Assembly: GCA_965220225.1 (NCBI GenBank)
Contig: OZ244813.1
Location: 1,891,385 to 1,955,384 of the forward strand
Source of the DNA: Dehalococcoidia bacterium
GTDB lineage: Bacteria > Chloroflexota > Dehalococcoidia > Lucifugimonadales > Australimonadaceae
Direction: 5' to 3'
DNA: 64,000 nt
Shown here: one piece after another, positions 28,904-37,243 of the stretch
Layout of the letters: the number at the start of each line of letters is the position of its first letter
Position numbering within the stretch: position 1 is the stretch's first letter
Made by a program: the position numbers and the translations under genes
The notes under the pieces: generated by a model
Databases searched by the model: none
What the model was told of the DNA's origin: nothing
The model's input: the letters and a program-made list of their open reading frames with translations, nothing else

Positions 28904-29810
28904 GCCGTTTACGCTACCAGATTCCTGTAGGTGAGGTGTTCCGTGTTCACGATGCGCCGGAGCGTGTCTGTGAAGATGTGCGCGTTGTCGCGGTTGCTGT
29001 AGCACCACCCCAGTTCCTCCAGACAGCGGTCAAGGTGCTTCTCGCTCACCTTGTTGAACGCGCCGATGATGCCGCGTTTGAAGAGCGACCACACGCCTTC
29101 GATGGTGTTCGTGTGCACGTCTCCGACCACCCATTCCTCCATGCGGTGGTTTACCGTCTCGTGGCGCGTGTTGTGGTCTGCGATGCCGAGGTAGGACGCG
29201 AACTCGTCTGTGTGGAGAGCCTCAGCCTCATCTTTGACCGTCTCGCGGATGAACTCATGCAGCGTCCTGCGCTTGATGTTCGGGATGCGCTTGAGCCGTA
29301 TCACGCCCCCGCGCTGTATCGCCCCGGCTACCCACGTCTTGTTGCTCTTGTAGGCGCGTCCCTTGCCCTTCGTCTTGCCGCCTACGAGCGTCTCGTCGAC
29401 TTCGACGACTCCGAGCAGCGTAGGCCCCTCGAACGGGTCGTTGCCCATCGCCTCGCGGATGCGATGGCAGAGATACCAGGCTGTGCGATATGCAACGCCC
29501 AGCGTCCGCTTCAGTTGGAGGGCGGAGACTCCCTTCTTGGACTCGCACATGAGGTAGACGGCGGCGAACCATTTGCGGAGCGGCAGGTGGGAGTCGTGCA
29601 TAATAGTCCGGTCTGTGACGGAGAACTGGTAGTGGCAGGCAGCGCAGTGAGACTGCCCACGTCCGCTCATTGCGGCTACGCTCTCGGAACCGCAGCGGAG
29701 ACACGTTACGCCGTCCGGCCAGCGCAGCCGCTCAAGCAACCAGCGACACTGTGCATCGGTGTTATATTCGTCAAAGAGGGTTAGGAGGTTGGTCGTGGCT
29801 TACGCCCCAT
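28904..29810 (-). mobile_element. IS1595-family insertion sequence, boundaries approximate
   Basis: Defined only by the transposase gene. I could not find convincing terminal inverted repeats. Confidence 0.5.
28909..29739 (-). CDS. IS1595-family (ISXO2-like) DDE transposase
   Basis: Zn-ribbon N-terminus LERLRWPDGVTCLRCGS...HCAACHYQFSVT, then ..SALQLKRTLGVAYRTAWYLCHRIREAMG and the DDE region. Conserved sequence continues upstream of the annotated TTG (see findings). Confidence 0.85.
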   Translation of the reverse strand: MLERLRWPDGVTCLRCGSESVAAMSGRGQSHCAACHYQFSVTDRTIMHDSHLPLRKWFAAVYLMCESKKGVSALQLKRTLGVAYRTAWYLCHRIREAMGNDPFEGPTLLGVVEVDETLVGGKTKGKGRAYKSNKTWVAGAIQRGGVIRLKRIPNIKRRTLHEFIRETVKDEAEALHTDEFASYLGIADHNTRHETVNHRMEEWVVGDVHTNTIEGVWSLFKRGIIGAFNKVSEKHLDRCLEELGWCYSNRDNAHIFTDTLRRIVNTEHLTYRNLVA

Positions 29811-29988
29811 CGGATGATTCGTTGCCCGATGACATCCTCAGTCGGCTAGATTCCGAGGTTGCGGAGATCGTGTTCGGCCCGTCTGTGAAAGCGGAACTTG
29901 ACCCGACTGCCAGCGGCCGCAGGGACACGGCCGCAACGTCGACGTCTTCACCTAGGCCAGGAGCGAGACCCTCCGCGGCAGCTGGCCG

Positions 29989-30240
29989 TTGACGCTGGCC
30001 GAGGACGGCCCGACGTCGCCGGCATGGGAGGACGAGGTCCGGCGCTACGCCCTTGAGCTGAGCCCGGAGGCCCTGCTGCCGGCATCGGAGGTACGGAGCA
30101 TCGCGCGATCTGCAGCGCGGTACGCGAATCGCCCGGTGGCCTCCTCATCGGGACCGAGCACTTGCTCATCCGCATCATGCGAACCGTGGAGAGTGGAACA
30201 GCAGGCGCACTGTAGGGAGTTCGCGTCTCGCTCGATATGA
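29989..30240 (+). pseudogene. fragment resembling the C-terminal PriCT-type domain of a primase/replicase
   Basis: ..WEDEVRRYALELSPEALLPASEVRSIARSAARYANR.. resembles the P-L-p-x-x-E-V-r-x-I-a-x-S-v-a-r-Y motif of PriCT domains. No upstream catalytic part. It abuts the IS1595. Confidence 0.4.
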
Positions 30241-30360
30241 TTCGTACCGAGTTGGGCCGTACGCCCTTGTAGCCAAGCGTTCAAGAAGCCTCAATAGCAG
30301 ATAGGCCAACCGGGTAGCTTCGATAATGCGGTCACGGAAGGCCCGACGTGAAGGGTGCCC

Positions 30361-32841
30361 CTATTCCACATCCTGTTGCCGCTCGTGGCGGTGGTATATC
30401 TCCTCGATCGCCACGTCGAGTTCGGCCCACTGGCGCTCGGTCGCCGAGCGCAGCCGCATGTTCTGGAACGCGCCCCAGACCGTCATGGCGGGCGGGACGA
30501 GCAGGACGGAGAAGAGCAGGGAGTACGCGATGGTGATGGCAGCCGTGATGCCGAACTGCTGCATCGCGGCCAGCGGCGAGAACGCCATCACCCCGATGCC
30601 GAGCGCCGTCGTCAGCGCAGAGCCCAGCAGCGCAGAGCCGGTGATCGAGAGCGTCCGTACCGCCGCGCGCTCCGGGTTGCGGAGGCGCGTGAACTCCTCG
30701 CGGTAGCGATGGATCATGTGGATGGTGTAGTCCACCCCGATGCCTATGGAGAGCGCCGTGATGATGGACGTGGTGATGGTGTACGGGATGCCCAGCAGCG
30801 CCATCGTGCCGAGCACCGAGATGAGGACGAGCACCGTCGGCACCACGGCTATGACCGCCAGCGCGGGCTGGCGCACCGTCAGCCAGAAGAAGAGCGTGAG
30901 GACTACCAGGGCCGCCGCGATGGTCGTGCCGATCGACTCCGTCTGCCGGTCCCTGATGGTGTCCGTGACCACGAACGAGATGATGCTGTCCGAGGTCGCC
31001 GTGAGGGCATCGTCGTCGCCGGCCCAGACCGCCTCGACGTCCTCCTGCAACCGCTTCGACGCGCTTGGGTCGCCGGTGGAAGCCGGGAACTGGAGCAGTA
31101 TCGTATCGACGCCGGCATGATCGTTGACCAGGCTGTGTCTCAGGGCAGGGTCTCTCGCTTCGATCTCGTCGATGAGCTCCTGCATCAGCGCCCCGTCGAG
31201 GCGTACGCCCGCGGTGGCCTGCCGAAAGAGCGCTTCGAGCCGCGGGTCGTACTTGTCGCCGGGCTGTCCGCTGTCGTGGGTCCAGTCCTCGATGAGCAAC
31301 TCGTACGATATCTGGACCGGCCCCGCTGCCGCCGCCGGGCGGGTCCCCTCGTCCTGGAAGGCGTCCCTGAACTCGTGCAGGTTGAGGAGCGTGCGGGTCT
31401 CCGTGGCCTCCGCCCGAAGGAGCACGCTGGTGTTCTCCGTCGAGCCGCCGACGGACCTGTCGAGCGTGCCCAGGTCCTCCAGCACGGCGCCGCCCCTGGG
31501 CAGGAGGTCCCTGATGCTGAACTCCGACTCAAGGTCCCTGGCCGCGAACCCCAGCGCGAGCGTTACCACGAGCACGGCGATGATGTAGGGCGCGGGTCTG
31601 CGGGTGACCTGCCTGCCCAGCAGCTCCGCCAGCCGGTCGATGCCGGGCAGCGCCTGCGAGATCGGGCGGGGCGGCTGCAGCCTGCCGCGCGCCTCGCGCC
31701 GGCGGTCGATGATCGTCCTGCCCGCAGGGATCAGCGTCAGCATCACGATGAGGCTTAACCCCACGCCCAGCCCGCCGACGATGCCGAAGTCGCCGACTAT
31801 CTCGACCGGGGAGAAGAGGCCCACCAGCAGGCTGACGATCGTCGTCGCGGCTGCCAGCATCAGCGGGACGATGACGTTGCGCAGTCCCACCCGCGCGGCG
31901 CTTGCAACGGCCTCGCCGGCAACGCGCTGCTCCCGGTAGTGCGAGACGGCCTGGATCGCGTAGTCCACCGTCAGACCGATCACGATGATGGGCACCATCG
32001 CCGTGAGGGTGTTCGGGGCGCCGACCAGCCCCAGTCCTCCCGGTCCGAGCCAGCCCTCTATCCCCACGATCCACATCATCGCGATGAAGAGCCCCAGCAG
32101 GGTGAGCAGCAGGTCCGAGATCGAACGCATGAAGAGCACGATCAGCCCCGCGATGAGCAGCAGCGCCAGCCCGATCAGCGGCCCCATCCCCTGGGTACCC
32201 TTCTTGTAGTCGTCCTCGATGACGACGAACGAGATGCTGCTCACGCGCAGCGGGCCGTCGTCCCCGATCGCCAGTTCGTTGATCCTCCGCTCGGCGTCGA
32301 CGACGCGCTCGTCGCCCGTGTCGTGCAGGCGGATGCTCCCCACTGCGACGGGCGTGCCGTCCGTGTCTGTCCCGGTCAGCACGGCGAGCGTCTCCCCGAT
32401 GCCGGGGATGTTCCGGGCAGCGTCGATCTGCTCCTGTGTGACGCCTTCCAGGCTCGCCGCCTGGAGCCCGGCCTTGACGAGCAGCGAGGGTGCGAAGAAC
32501 GGGGCGGTCGGCGCCAGTATCCCCGTCACGTCCGGGTCACCGGCGATACGGGCGATGAGGGCGTCCATCTGGGCGAGCCCGCCGGGCGTGAGCGCCTCGC
32601 CACGGAAGAGGAGCGTCACCACTCTGACCTCGCCGGAGTCGCCGAAGAGCTCGTCGATCTCGGCCATCGCCATTGCGACGTCGCTGTCCCGGGGAAGCGT
32701 GCCCTCGGTGTCCAGCGGCGGCTCGCGCAGGTTCGACCCCATGGCCATCAGGACGGTAACGATGAGGAGAACGAGCAGCGTGAGCCACGGGCGTACCGTG
32801 ACCAGCCAGCTCAGCCATCCGAGTATGTTATGCATGGCCAC
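30361..32841 (-). CDS. MMPL/RND-superfamily membrane exporter (two 6-TM bundles with large periplasmic loops)
   Basis: 826 aa. Duplicated architecture, each half having one TM, a ~170-250-aa loop, then 5 TM. Segments such as TVDYAIQAVSHYRE / GVDYTIHMIHRYRE are typical of the MMPL/HpnN-type group. Confidence 0.85.
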   Translation of the reverse strand: MAMHNILGWLSWLVTVRPWLTLLVLLIVTVLMAMGSNLREPPLDTEGTLPRDSDVAMAMAEIDELFGDSGEVRVVTLLFRGEALTPGGLAQMDALIARIAGDPDVTGILAPTAPFFAPSLLVKAGLQAASLEGVTQEQIDAARNIPGIGETLAVLTGTDTDGTPVAVGSIRLHDTGDERVVDAERRINELAIGDDGPLRVSSISFVVIEDDYKKGTQGMGPLIGLALLLIAGLIVLFMRSISDLLLTLLGLFIAMMWIVGIEGWLGPGGLGLVGAPNTLTAMVPIIVIGLTVDYAIQAVSHYREQRVAGEAVASAARVGLRNVIVPLMLAAATTIVSLLVGLFSPVEIVGDFGIVGGLGVGLSLIVMLTLIPAGRTIIDRRREARGRLQPPRPISQALPGIDRLAELLGRQVTRRPAPYIIAVLVVTLALGFAARDLESEFSIRDLLPRGGAVLEDLGTLDRSVGGSTENTSVLLRAEATETRTLLNLHEFRDAFQDEGTRPAAAAGPVQISYELLIEDWTHDSGQPGDKYDPRLEALFRQATAGVRLDGALMQELIDEIEARDPALRHSLVNDHAGVDTILLQFPASTGDPSASKRLQEDVEAVWAGDDDALTATSDSIISFVVTDTIRDRQTESIGTTIAAALVVLTLFFWLTVRQPALAVIAVVPTVLVLISVLGTMALLGIPYTITTSIITALSIGIGVDYTIHMIHRYREEFTRLRNPERAAVRTLSITGSALLGSALTTALGIGVMAFSPLAAMQQFGITAAITIAYSLLFSVLLVPPAMTVWGAFQNMRLRSATERQWAELDVAIEEIYHRHERQQDVE

Positions 32842-33377
32842 GCCGCATCTTCAGAGCCTCGCACCTGTGCACTCGCACCTGCACTCATCGAGACGTGCGT
32901 GGGCGCGGGGGCATTCTACAGGGCAGAGCCTTCGAACGTCTCTCTTGGGTCACACGACCGACAATCGTCAGAAATGTCAGCAGGCATGCACAGAATGACC
33001 ATAGGAGCAGTTGTCCGCACACCCAGCGGTCACTCCTCTTATTCTCCCCCTGATGAGGAAGTGCACGCAGAAACAGGACTAGTCTCCCGTAGGCCGCTTC
33101 GCGGCAGCGGAAGGGGAGGCCGAGTCCCTGCTGGCGGTGGCGCGAGGGCCGAGGTGCACCCATCACGCCAGTGACCGGTAATCGTGCTACCGAGGGTTAG
33201 GTTTTACGGGCCATGCTAACCGGTCCGATGCGGCAGCGCCTGAAGCATCGGGCCAAGGCCTCGTCTAACCGTTCAAGCACAGTTCGACAGTTTGTTCAGA
33301 GCATCCTTAGTTTAAGCACAGGAAGTCTGCACGAGGGTAGAATCAGGGCGATACAACTGCGGTGAGGCTCATACTAT

Positions 33378-34133
33378 ATGGGAGTTATCAAGCGGTTTCC
33401 GTGGCAGGCACTACTGGCCATCGCAGTCGCTGCATTGGCGACCACGATGCTCGCGTGTAATGACGACACGGAGCCTGTGCTGCTTGCCACCGAGGGCGAC
33501 TACCCTCCCTTCAACTTCATCAACGGCGACGGCGAGATCGACGGACTCGAGCGCGAGCTTGGAGACGAGCTCTGCCGCCGTGCCGAGCTTAGGTGCGAGT
33601 GGGTACTGAACGACTGGGCGGACATGATCCCTGATTTGGTGGCAGGGGAGTTCGACGCAATCATGGCCGGGATGAGCATTACTGACAAACGAGACATGAC
33701 CATCGACTTCACCGAACCGTACTACCCTCCCACTCCGTCCGTCTACCTCGCGCTGGAGGGATCGGGGGACGAAGCAATCGAAGGTCGCCTTGGGGCCTAT
33801 GCCAACACCATCTACTCGGACTACTTCACGGAGCAGAACATCGCCTACATGGAGTTCAGCGACGAGGACGACCGATTGGCGGCGCTGCTGGACGGCGATA
33901 TCGACGCGATGCTAGTGGATCATGCCTACGCCACGGACAAGCTCACTGAGTACGAGCGACGGCTGAGCGTCGTCGGCCCCTCTGTGCTGTTGGACCGGGG
34001 TATAGGCATAGGCGTGCGCAACAACAACGAACTGCTGGCAAGGCTGAACTCGGCCCTCGCGTCCATGAAATCTGACGATACATTGAACAATCTCATCCGC
34101 AAGTGGGTAGGCGAGGACGCCTCGACTTTCTAG
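33378..34133 (+). CDS. family-3 (polar amino acid type) ABC substrate-binding lipoprotein
   Basis: Signal peptide plus lipobox (ATTMLAC). LLATEGDYPPFNFINGDGEIDGLE...DAIMAGMSITDKR...DFTEPYY motifs. Confidence 0.9.
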   Translation: MGVIKRFPWQALLAIAVAALATTMLACNDDTEPVLLATEGDYPPFNFINGDGEIDGLERELGDELCRRAELRCEWVLNDWADMIPDLVAGEFDAIMAGMSITDKRDMTIDFTEPYYPPTPSVYLALEGSGDEAIEGRLGAYANTIYSDYFTEQNIAYMEFSDEDDRLAALLDGDIDAMLVDHAYATDKLTEYERRLSVVGPSVLLDRGIGIGVRNNNELLARLNSALASMKSDDTLNNLIRKWVGEDASTF

Positions 34134-34483
34134 CCAGTGCTAAAAGCTCTTCGCCTTCACGACTAGCGCACGCCCGCAGATGCGGCCACGGCTTGAAGAA
34201 TTCCGCTTCACGTTGGACACAGACAAGAAAGTGATGGTCGGACGCGCCGAGTTGGAGCATGGCTGCGTTGAGGACATCAAGCTCATTGAGTACCATTGGC
34301 AGCCTACATGGAGTTGGTGGCAGCGTGTGCGCAGGGGGCTGGCATTGGGGAATTCTCTCCGTCGCGGTTTGAGATTCCCGTCGAGCACAGGACCATTAGG
34401 GTCATGCTGACGCCTGACGACATCCGCTACGGCGGGGGGCGCTACCTGCAGTTCCGAGGAGTGAAGAACGACTGAGGACAGCC

Positions 34484-34921
34484 ATGACGATGAAGGCGGT
34501 GCTAACATTGCGGGGGCAGGTCACACGCAGCCAGTTCTGGACGGCAGGTGCTTGGTTGATCTTCGTCTGGGCCGTGTTGTACCTGGGCTTGTTGCTCATG
34601 GGTCTGGCAGGAGGATTCCTCGCTGCGATCGTCGTCTTCGGATGGCTCGGCTATACGCTGTTCGTCCTCTACGCTTGGACTGCGCTCGTGGTGGGCAGGC
34701 TGCGTCACCTGGGGGCAAGCCTGTGGTGGGCGGCACTCTGGCCACTAACCGGGCCGGTGTTCTGGTTGGTCGTCGGAGTGCTGCCTGTCCGCCACGCGGA
34801 GGCCACAAGGGCATCTCGCTCGCAGAGTGGTCCTCTACGTGCATTCATCCTAATGGCGGTCTGCAGCGTGGCACTGGCGGTGTCGGTGGTCATTCTAGAC
34901 AGGGGGTGGCTAGGACGATGA
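34484..34921 (+). CDS. DUF805-family inner membrane protein
   Basis: RGQVTRSQFW near the N-terminus and VGRLRHLGASLWWAAL later, the two signature segments of DUF805. 4 TM. Confidence 0.75.
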   Translation: MTMKAVLTLRGQVTRSQFWTAGAWLIFVWAVLYLGLLLMGLAGGFLAAIVVFGWLGYTLFVLYAWTALVVGRLRHLGASLWWAALWPLTGPVFWLVVGVLPVRHAEATRASRSQSGPLRAFILMAVCSVALAVSVVILDRGWLGR

Positions 34922-35461
34922 TGGGAGGCTACCCGATTTCAAACGGCAACATGGCTCTATCCCAAAGGAGGTCAGGGAGGGCGCGCGGCCCTTGGAGTAA
35001 CCGAGCGGCAGGCGACGCCCCCGGCTCATACCGCTCGGCACGCCACAGCGACCGTGTCTATCGCACCGGCGAGGCCGCCGGTCACCGAGGACACCAGTGC
35101 AACGGGGGTAGACAGTAGACCCTCCACAACCACTAGGAGCACGTCAGCGGGGCCGCGCAACTCATCGGAAAGCCCCGCCACTACTGCAGTGTGGGCTGCG
35201 CCGCAGTTCGTGGTCGCCCGCATCGCCCTCCACGTCCACCAGTCCTTACGCCGACAGCGGTTCCGCATCGATGGCCACGGTCTGCCGCAGGGCAGTGTTC
35301 AGGCGGACGGAAGATGGTGGCCAGCCCACGGTGAACCGGTCGCACAAGCGAGACAGGGACGCGTCCGAATGGCTCCCCGACCTGAACGAATGCTGGTTCG
35401 CCAACCGCGTGGTCGAAGTGCGGCAGCAGTACGGCCTCACCGTCGACCGGCGCGAGCGTGA

Positions 35462-35716
35462 CGTCCTCGAGAGCATCCTGTCGAGCTGCAGGTCGACCGC
35501 CATGGTGGTGACCCGAGGCGCACGCCCGACACCGACCCGACTCCATCAACGGGCGGGAGCGGGGGCGTCGACGCTCTCCGGCTGTACGACAGCAACGGCA
35601 ACGGACGCATCACCTGCGCAGAGGCGCGTGAACACGGCATCGCTCCCGTTCACAGGGGACATCCTGCGTACCCCTACATGGACGACAGGGACGGCGATGG
35701 CGTCGTCTGCGAGTGA
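35462..35716 (+). pseudogene. C-terminal Excalibur calcium-binding domain, detached from its upstream part by a frame change
   Basis: ..LRLYDSNGNGRITCAEAREHGIAPVHRGHPAYPYMDDRDGDGVVCE* is a textbook Excalibur motif (..C.eA...G.aPv..g.PgY...mDrDgDGvaCE). This frame has no start codon. A protein-like stretch (EWLPDLNECWFANRVVEVRQQYGL..) sits upstream in another frame. Confidence 0.6.
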
Positions 35717-35748
35717 ACGGCACGTCTGAGCACAAACGGAGGGTACCC

Positions 35749-36189
35749 ATGTCGCACGTTCCGGTAGGTGGGAGGATTCCTAGGCACTGGCTCATCAAAA
35801 TGCAGGTCTCGTACAACCCAAAGCAGCCTGAGTCGGATGCATACGCAAGGTTCTGGCTGTACATCGATGGAATGAGAGTGGGGGCGTTCCTCGACGCGGG
35901 CGGAACCATGGGTGACGTGCGGCACAACATCGGCCATGGGTTTCTGTGCGTATACGAGCCAGGGACGTTACCCGTGCCGCACGCTCCGGTAGGCGGAAAG
36001 ATCCCTCGGCACTGGCTCATCAAAATGCAGGTCTCGCACAACCCGAAGCAGCCTGGGAAGAAGGCATACGCAAGATTCCGGCTGTACCTCGATGGGATGA
36101 CCGTGGGGGCGTTCCTCGACGCGGGGGGCACCATGAGCGATGTGCGACACAACATCGGCCACGGGTACCTGCGTGTACGAGAGCCGTAG
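35749..36189 (+). CDS. protein made of two tandem copies of an uncharacterised ~73-aa domain
   Basis: GGAGGG RBS, ATG 35749. The halves are MSHVPVGGRIPRHWLIKMQVSYNPKQPESDAYARFWLYIDGMRVGAFLDAGGTMGDVRHNIGHGFLCVYEPG and PHAPVGGKIPRHWLIKMQVSHNPKQPGKKAYARFRLYLDGMTVGAFLDAGGTMSDVRHNIGHGYLRVREP. Confidence 0.65.
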   Translation: MSHVPVGGRIPRHWLIKMQVSYNPKQPESDAYARFWLYIDGMRVGAFLDAGGTMGDVRHNIGHGFLCVYEPGTLPVPHAPVGGKIPRHWLIKMQVSHNPKQPGKKAYARFRLYLDGMTVGAFLDAGGTMSDVRHNIGHGYLRVREP

Positions 36190-36205
36190 AACGGCTGCTG
36201 CGAGG

Positions 36206-36463
36206 ATGGCTGCCTTCGCGCTGGTGCTCATGTGCATGGCACTTGTGACCTTCTGGATGGCAGCACGCGACGGAGCGAGCATGATCGTGCGGGGCTGGCT
36301 CCTGTTGGTGTCCGGTCTCTTCTAGGGCACGACCGTGGGGTTCGCGGCCAAGGCCGTCAGAGATGAGGTTCAGAAGGCACGTACCAGACGCGAGGCGCGG
36401 CTTCGGCAGGAACGGGAGTGGCGCAAGGGCTTGACCTCGGATGTGCGGGCTGCTATCCACTAG
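36206..36463 (+). pseudogene. small 2-TM protein interrupted by an in-frame TAG inside the second helix
   Basis: MAAFALVLMCMALVTFWMAARDGASMIVRGWLLLVSGLF*GTTVGFAAKAVRDEVQKARTRREARLRQEREWRKGLTSDVRAAIH*. The TAG is at 36323-36325. The C-terminal 22 aa have a paralog at 55651-55717 (minus). Confidence 0.45.
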
Positions 36464-36582
36464 CCATTGCACCCGGCAGTGGGGACGTGCAACTGCCGAG
36501 GGGACACGGCGGCCACGCGGTTTCTCACGTCACCACTGGCCACCCCGCTGCCACTTCATCTGCACCCCATAGGAGAACGATG
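36397..36582 (+). repeat. copy A of a ~190-nt repeated module (gene 3' end + conserved intergenic element + RBS)
   Basis: Aligns with the reverse complement of 55531-55717. Core 36445-36516: GCGGGCTGCTATCCACTAGCCATTGCACCCGGCAGTGGGGACGTGCAACTGCCGAGGGGACACGGCGGCCAC. Confidence 0.8.
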
Positions 36583-36720
36583 ACGGAACGGAAAGCCGAG
36601 ATGCAGGCCGTCCTCGCGGAAATGCAGGCGATGAAGGCCATACTGGCGGAGTTGGAGGCGATTCGCCTGCTCAACGAACGGATACTGAGTGAGTTGCAGC
36701 GCATCGGAGCGGGGCGGTAG
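36580..36720 (+). CDS. 46-aa coiled-coil peptide
   Basis: AGGAG RBS. MTERKAEMQAVLAEMQAMKAILAELEAIRLLNERILSELQRIGAGR. Confidence 0.5.
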   Translation: MTERKAEMQAVLAEMQAMKAILAELEAIRLLNERILSELQRIGAGR

Positions 36721-36733
36721 GCGGAGGGGAACC

Positions 36734-36829
36734 TTGGAAGCAGTACTCCTGCTCGCAGCGACACTGGGCTTCATCGGCATCGGGCTGATAGCCGCAGGGT
36801 ACTGTATCCACACACGCAGACGGAGATAG
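36734..36829 (+). CDS. possible 31-aa single-TM peptide
   Basis: TTG start with GGAGGGG upstream. EAVLLLAATLGFIGIGLIAAGYCIHTRRRR. Confidence 0.3.
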   Translation: MEAVLLLAATLGFIGIGLIAAGYCIHTRRRR

Positions 36830-36879
36830 CCCGTGCATCGCCGCGCATCGTTAACTACCGCAAGGAGGTCATAGTCACC

Positions 36880-36984
36880 ATGGTCGAGGTATTCGTAGTC
36901 TCGTTCGCATTCGCAATAGCCCTCCTCGTAGCATGCTTACTGCCTTCAGGTGCTGGCGGGGCAGGCCAGCGCAGCCGGAGGTAG
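36880..36984 (+). CDS. possible 34-aa single-TM peptide
   Basis: AAGGAGG upstream. MVEVFVVSFAFAIALLVACLLPSGAGGAGQRSRR. Confidence 0.35.
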   Translation: MVEVFVVSFAFAIALLVACLLPSGAGGAGQRSRR

Positions 36985-36987
36985 CCC

Positions 36988-37219
36988 ATGGCAGCAGAAC
37001 TCACCATCACGTCTGCCGTGGTCAAGGACACGCAGGTCAGCCTCAGCGTAAGGCAGCCAGTCCACCATGGGAGACCCTTTGGCGGGGATTGAGTTGGCGA
37101 TTCAGGCCGGTGAATCCAACCGATGCTTCATCAAGCTTAGCCCTGACGACGCCCTGCTGCTGGCCGCAACGCTGAAGGCGGCATCGCAGTTGAATTACAG
37201 CCCGACTCCGACTCCATGA
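36988..37219 (+). pseudogene. small protein gene with a +1 frameshift in a G4 run
   Basis: MAAELTITSAVVKDTQVSLSVRQPVHHGRPFGGD* (TGA at 37090). Removing one G at 37084-37087 gives ..GRPFGGIELAIQAGESNRCFIKLSPDDALLLAATLKAASQLNYSPTPTP*. The total length of 232 nt is 3n+1. Confidence 0.4.
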
Positions 37220-37243
37220 GCGGAGCAGCAGAGCAGGGAGAGA

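Noticed and set aside
28895-29810. Terminal repeats of the IS1595 (TTTACGCT at ~28901 and CTTACGCC at ~29799).
   Set aside because: They are in direct, not inverted, orientation, match at only 6 of 8 positions, and sit too close to the gene ends to be confident. The IS boundaries are left undefined.
36495-36505. An 11-nt match (GTCCCCTCGGC, reverse complement) between the tRNA-Ala 3' arm and both copies of the repeated module, considered as a possible attR.
   Set aside because: With about 66 possible 11-mers from the tRNA and 128 kb of two-strand search space, a chance match or two is expected. The match does not extend, and it is part of the duplicated element rather than an island boundary.
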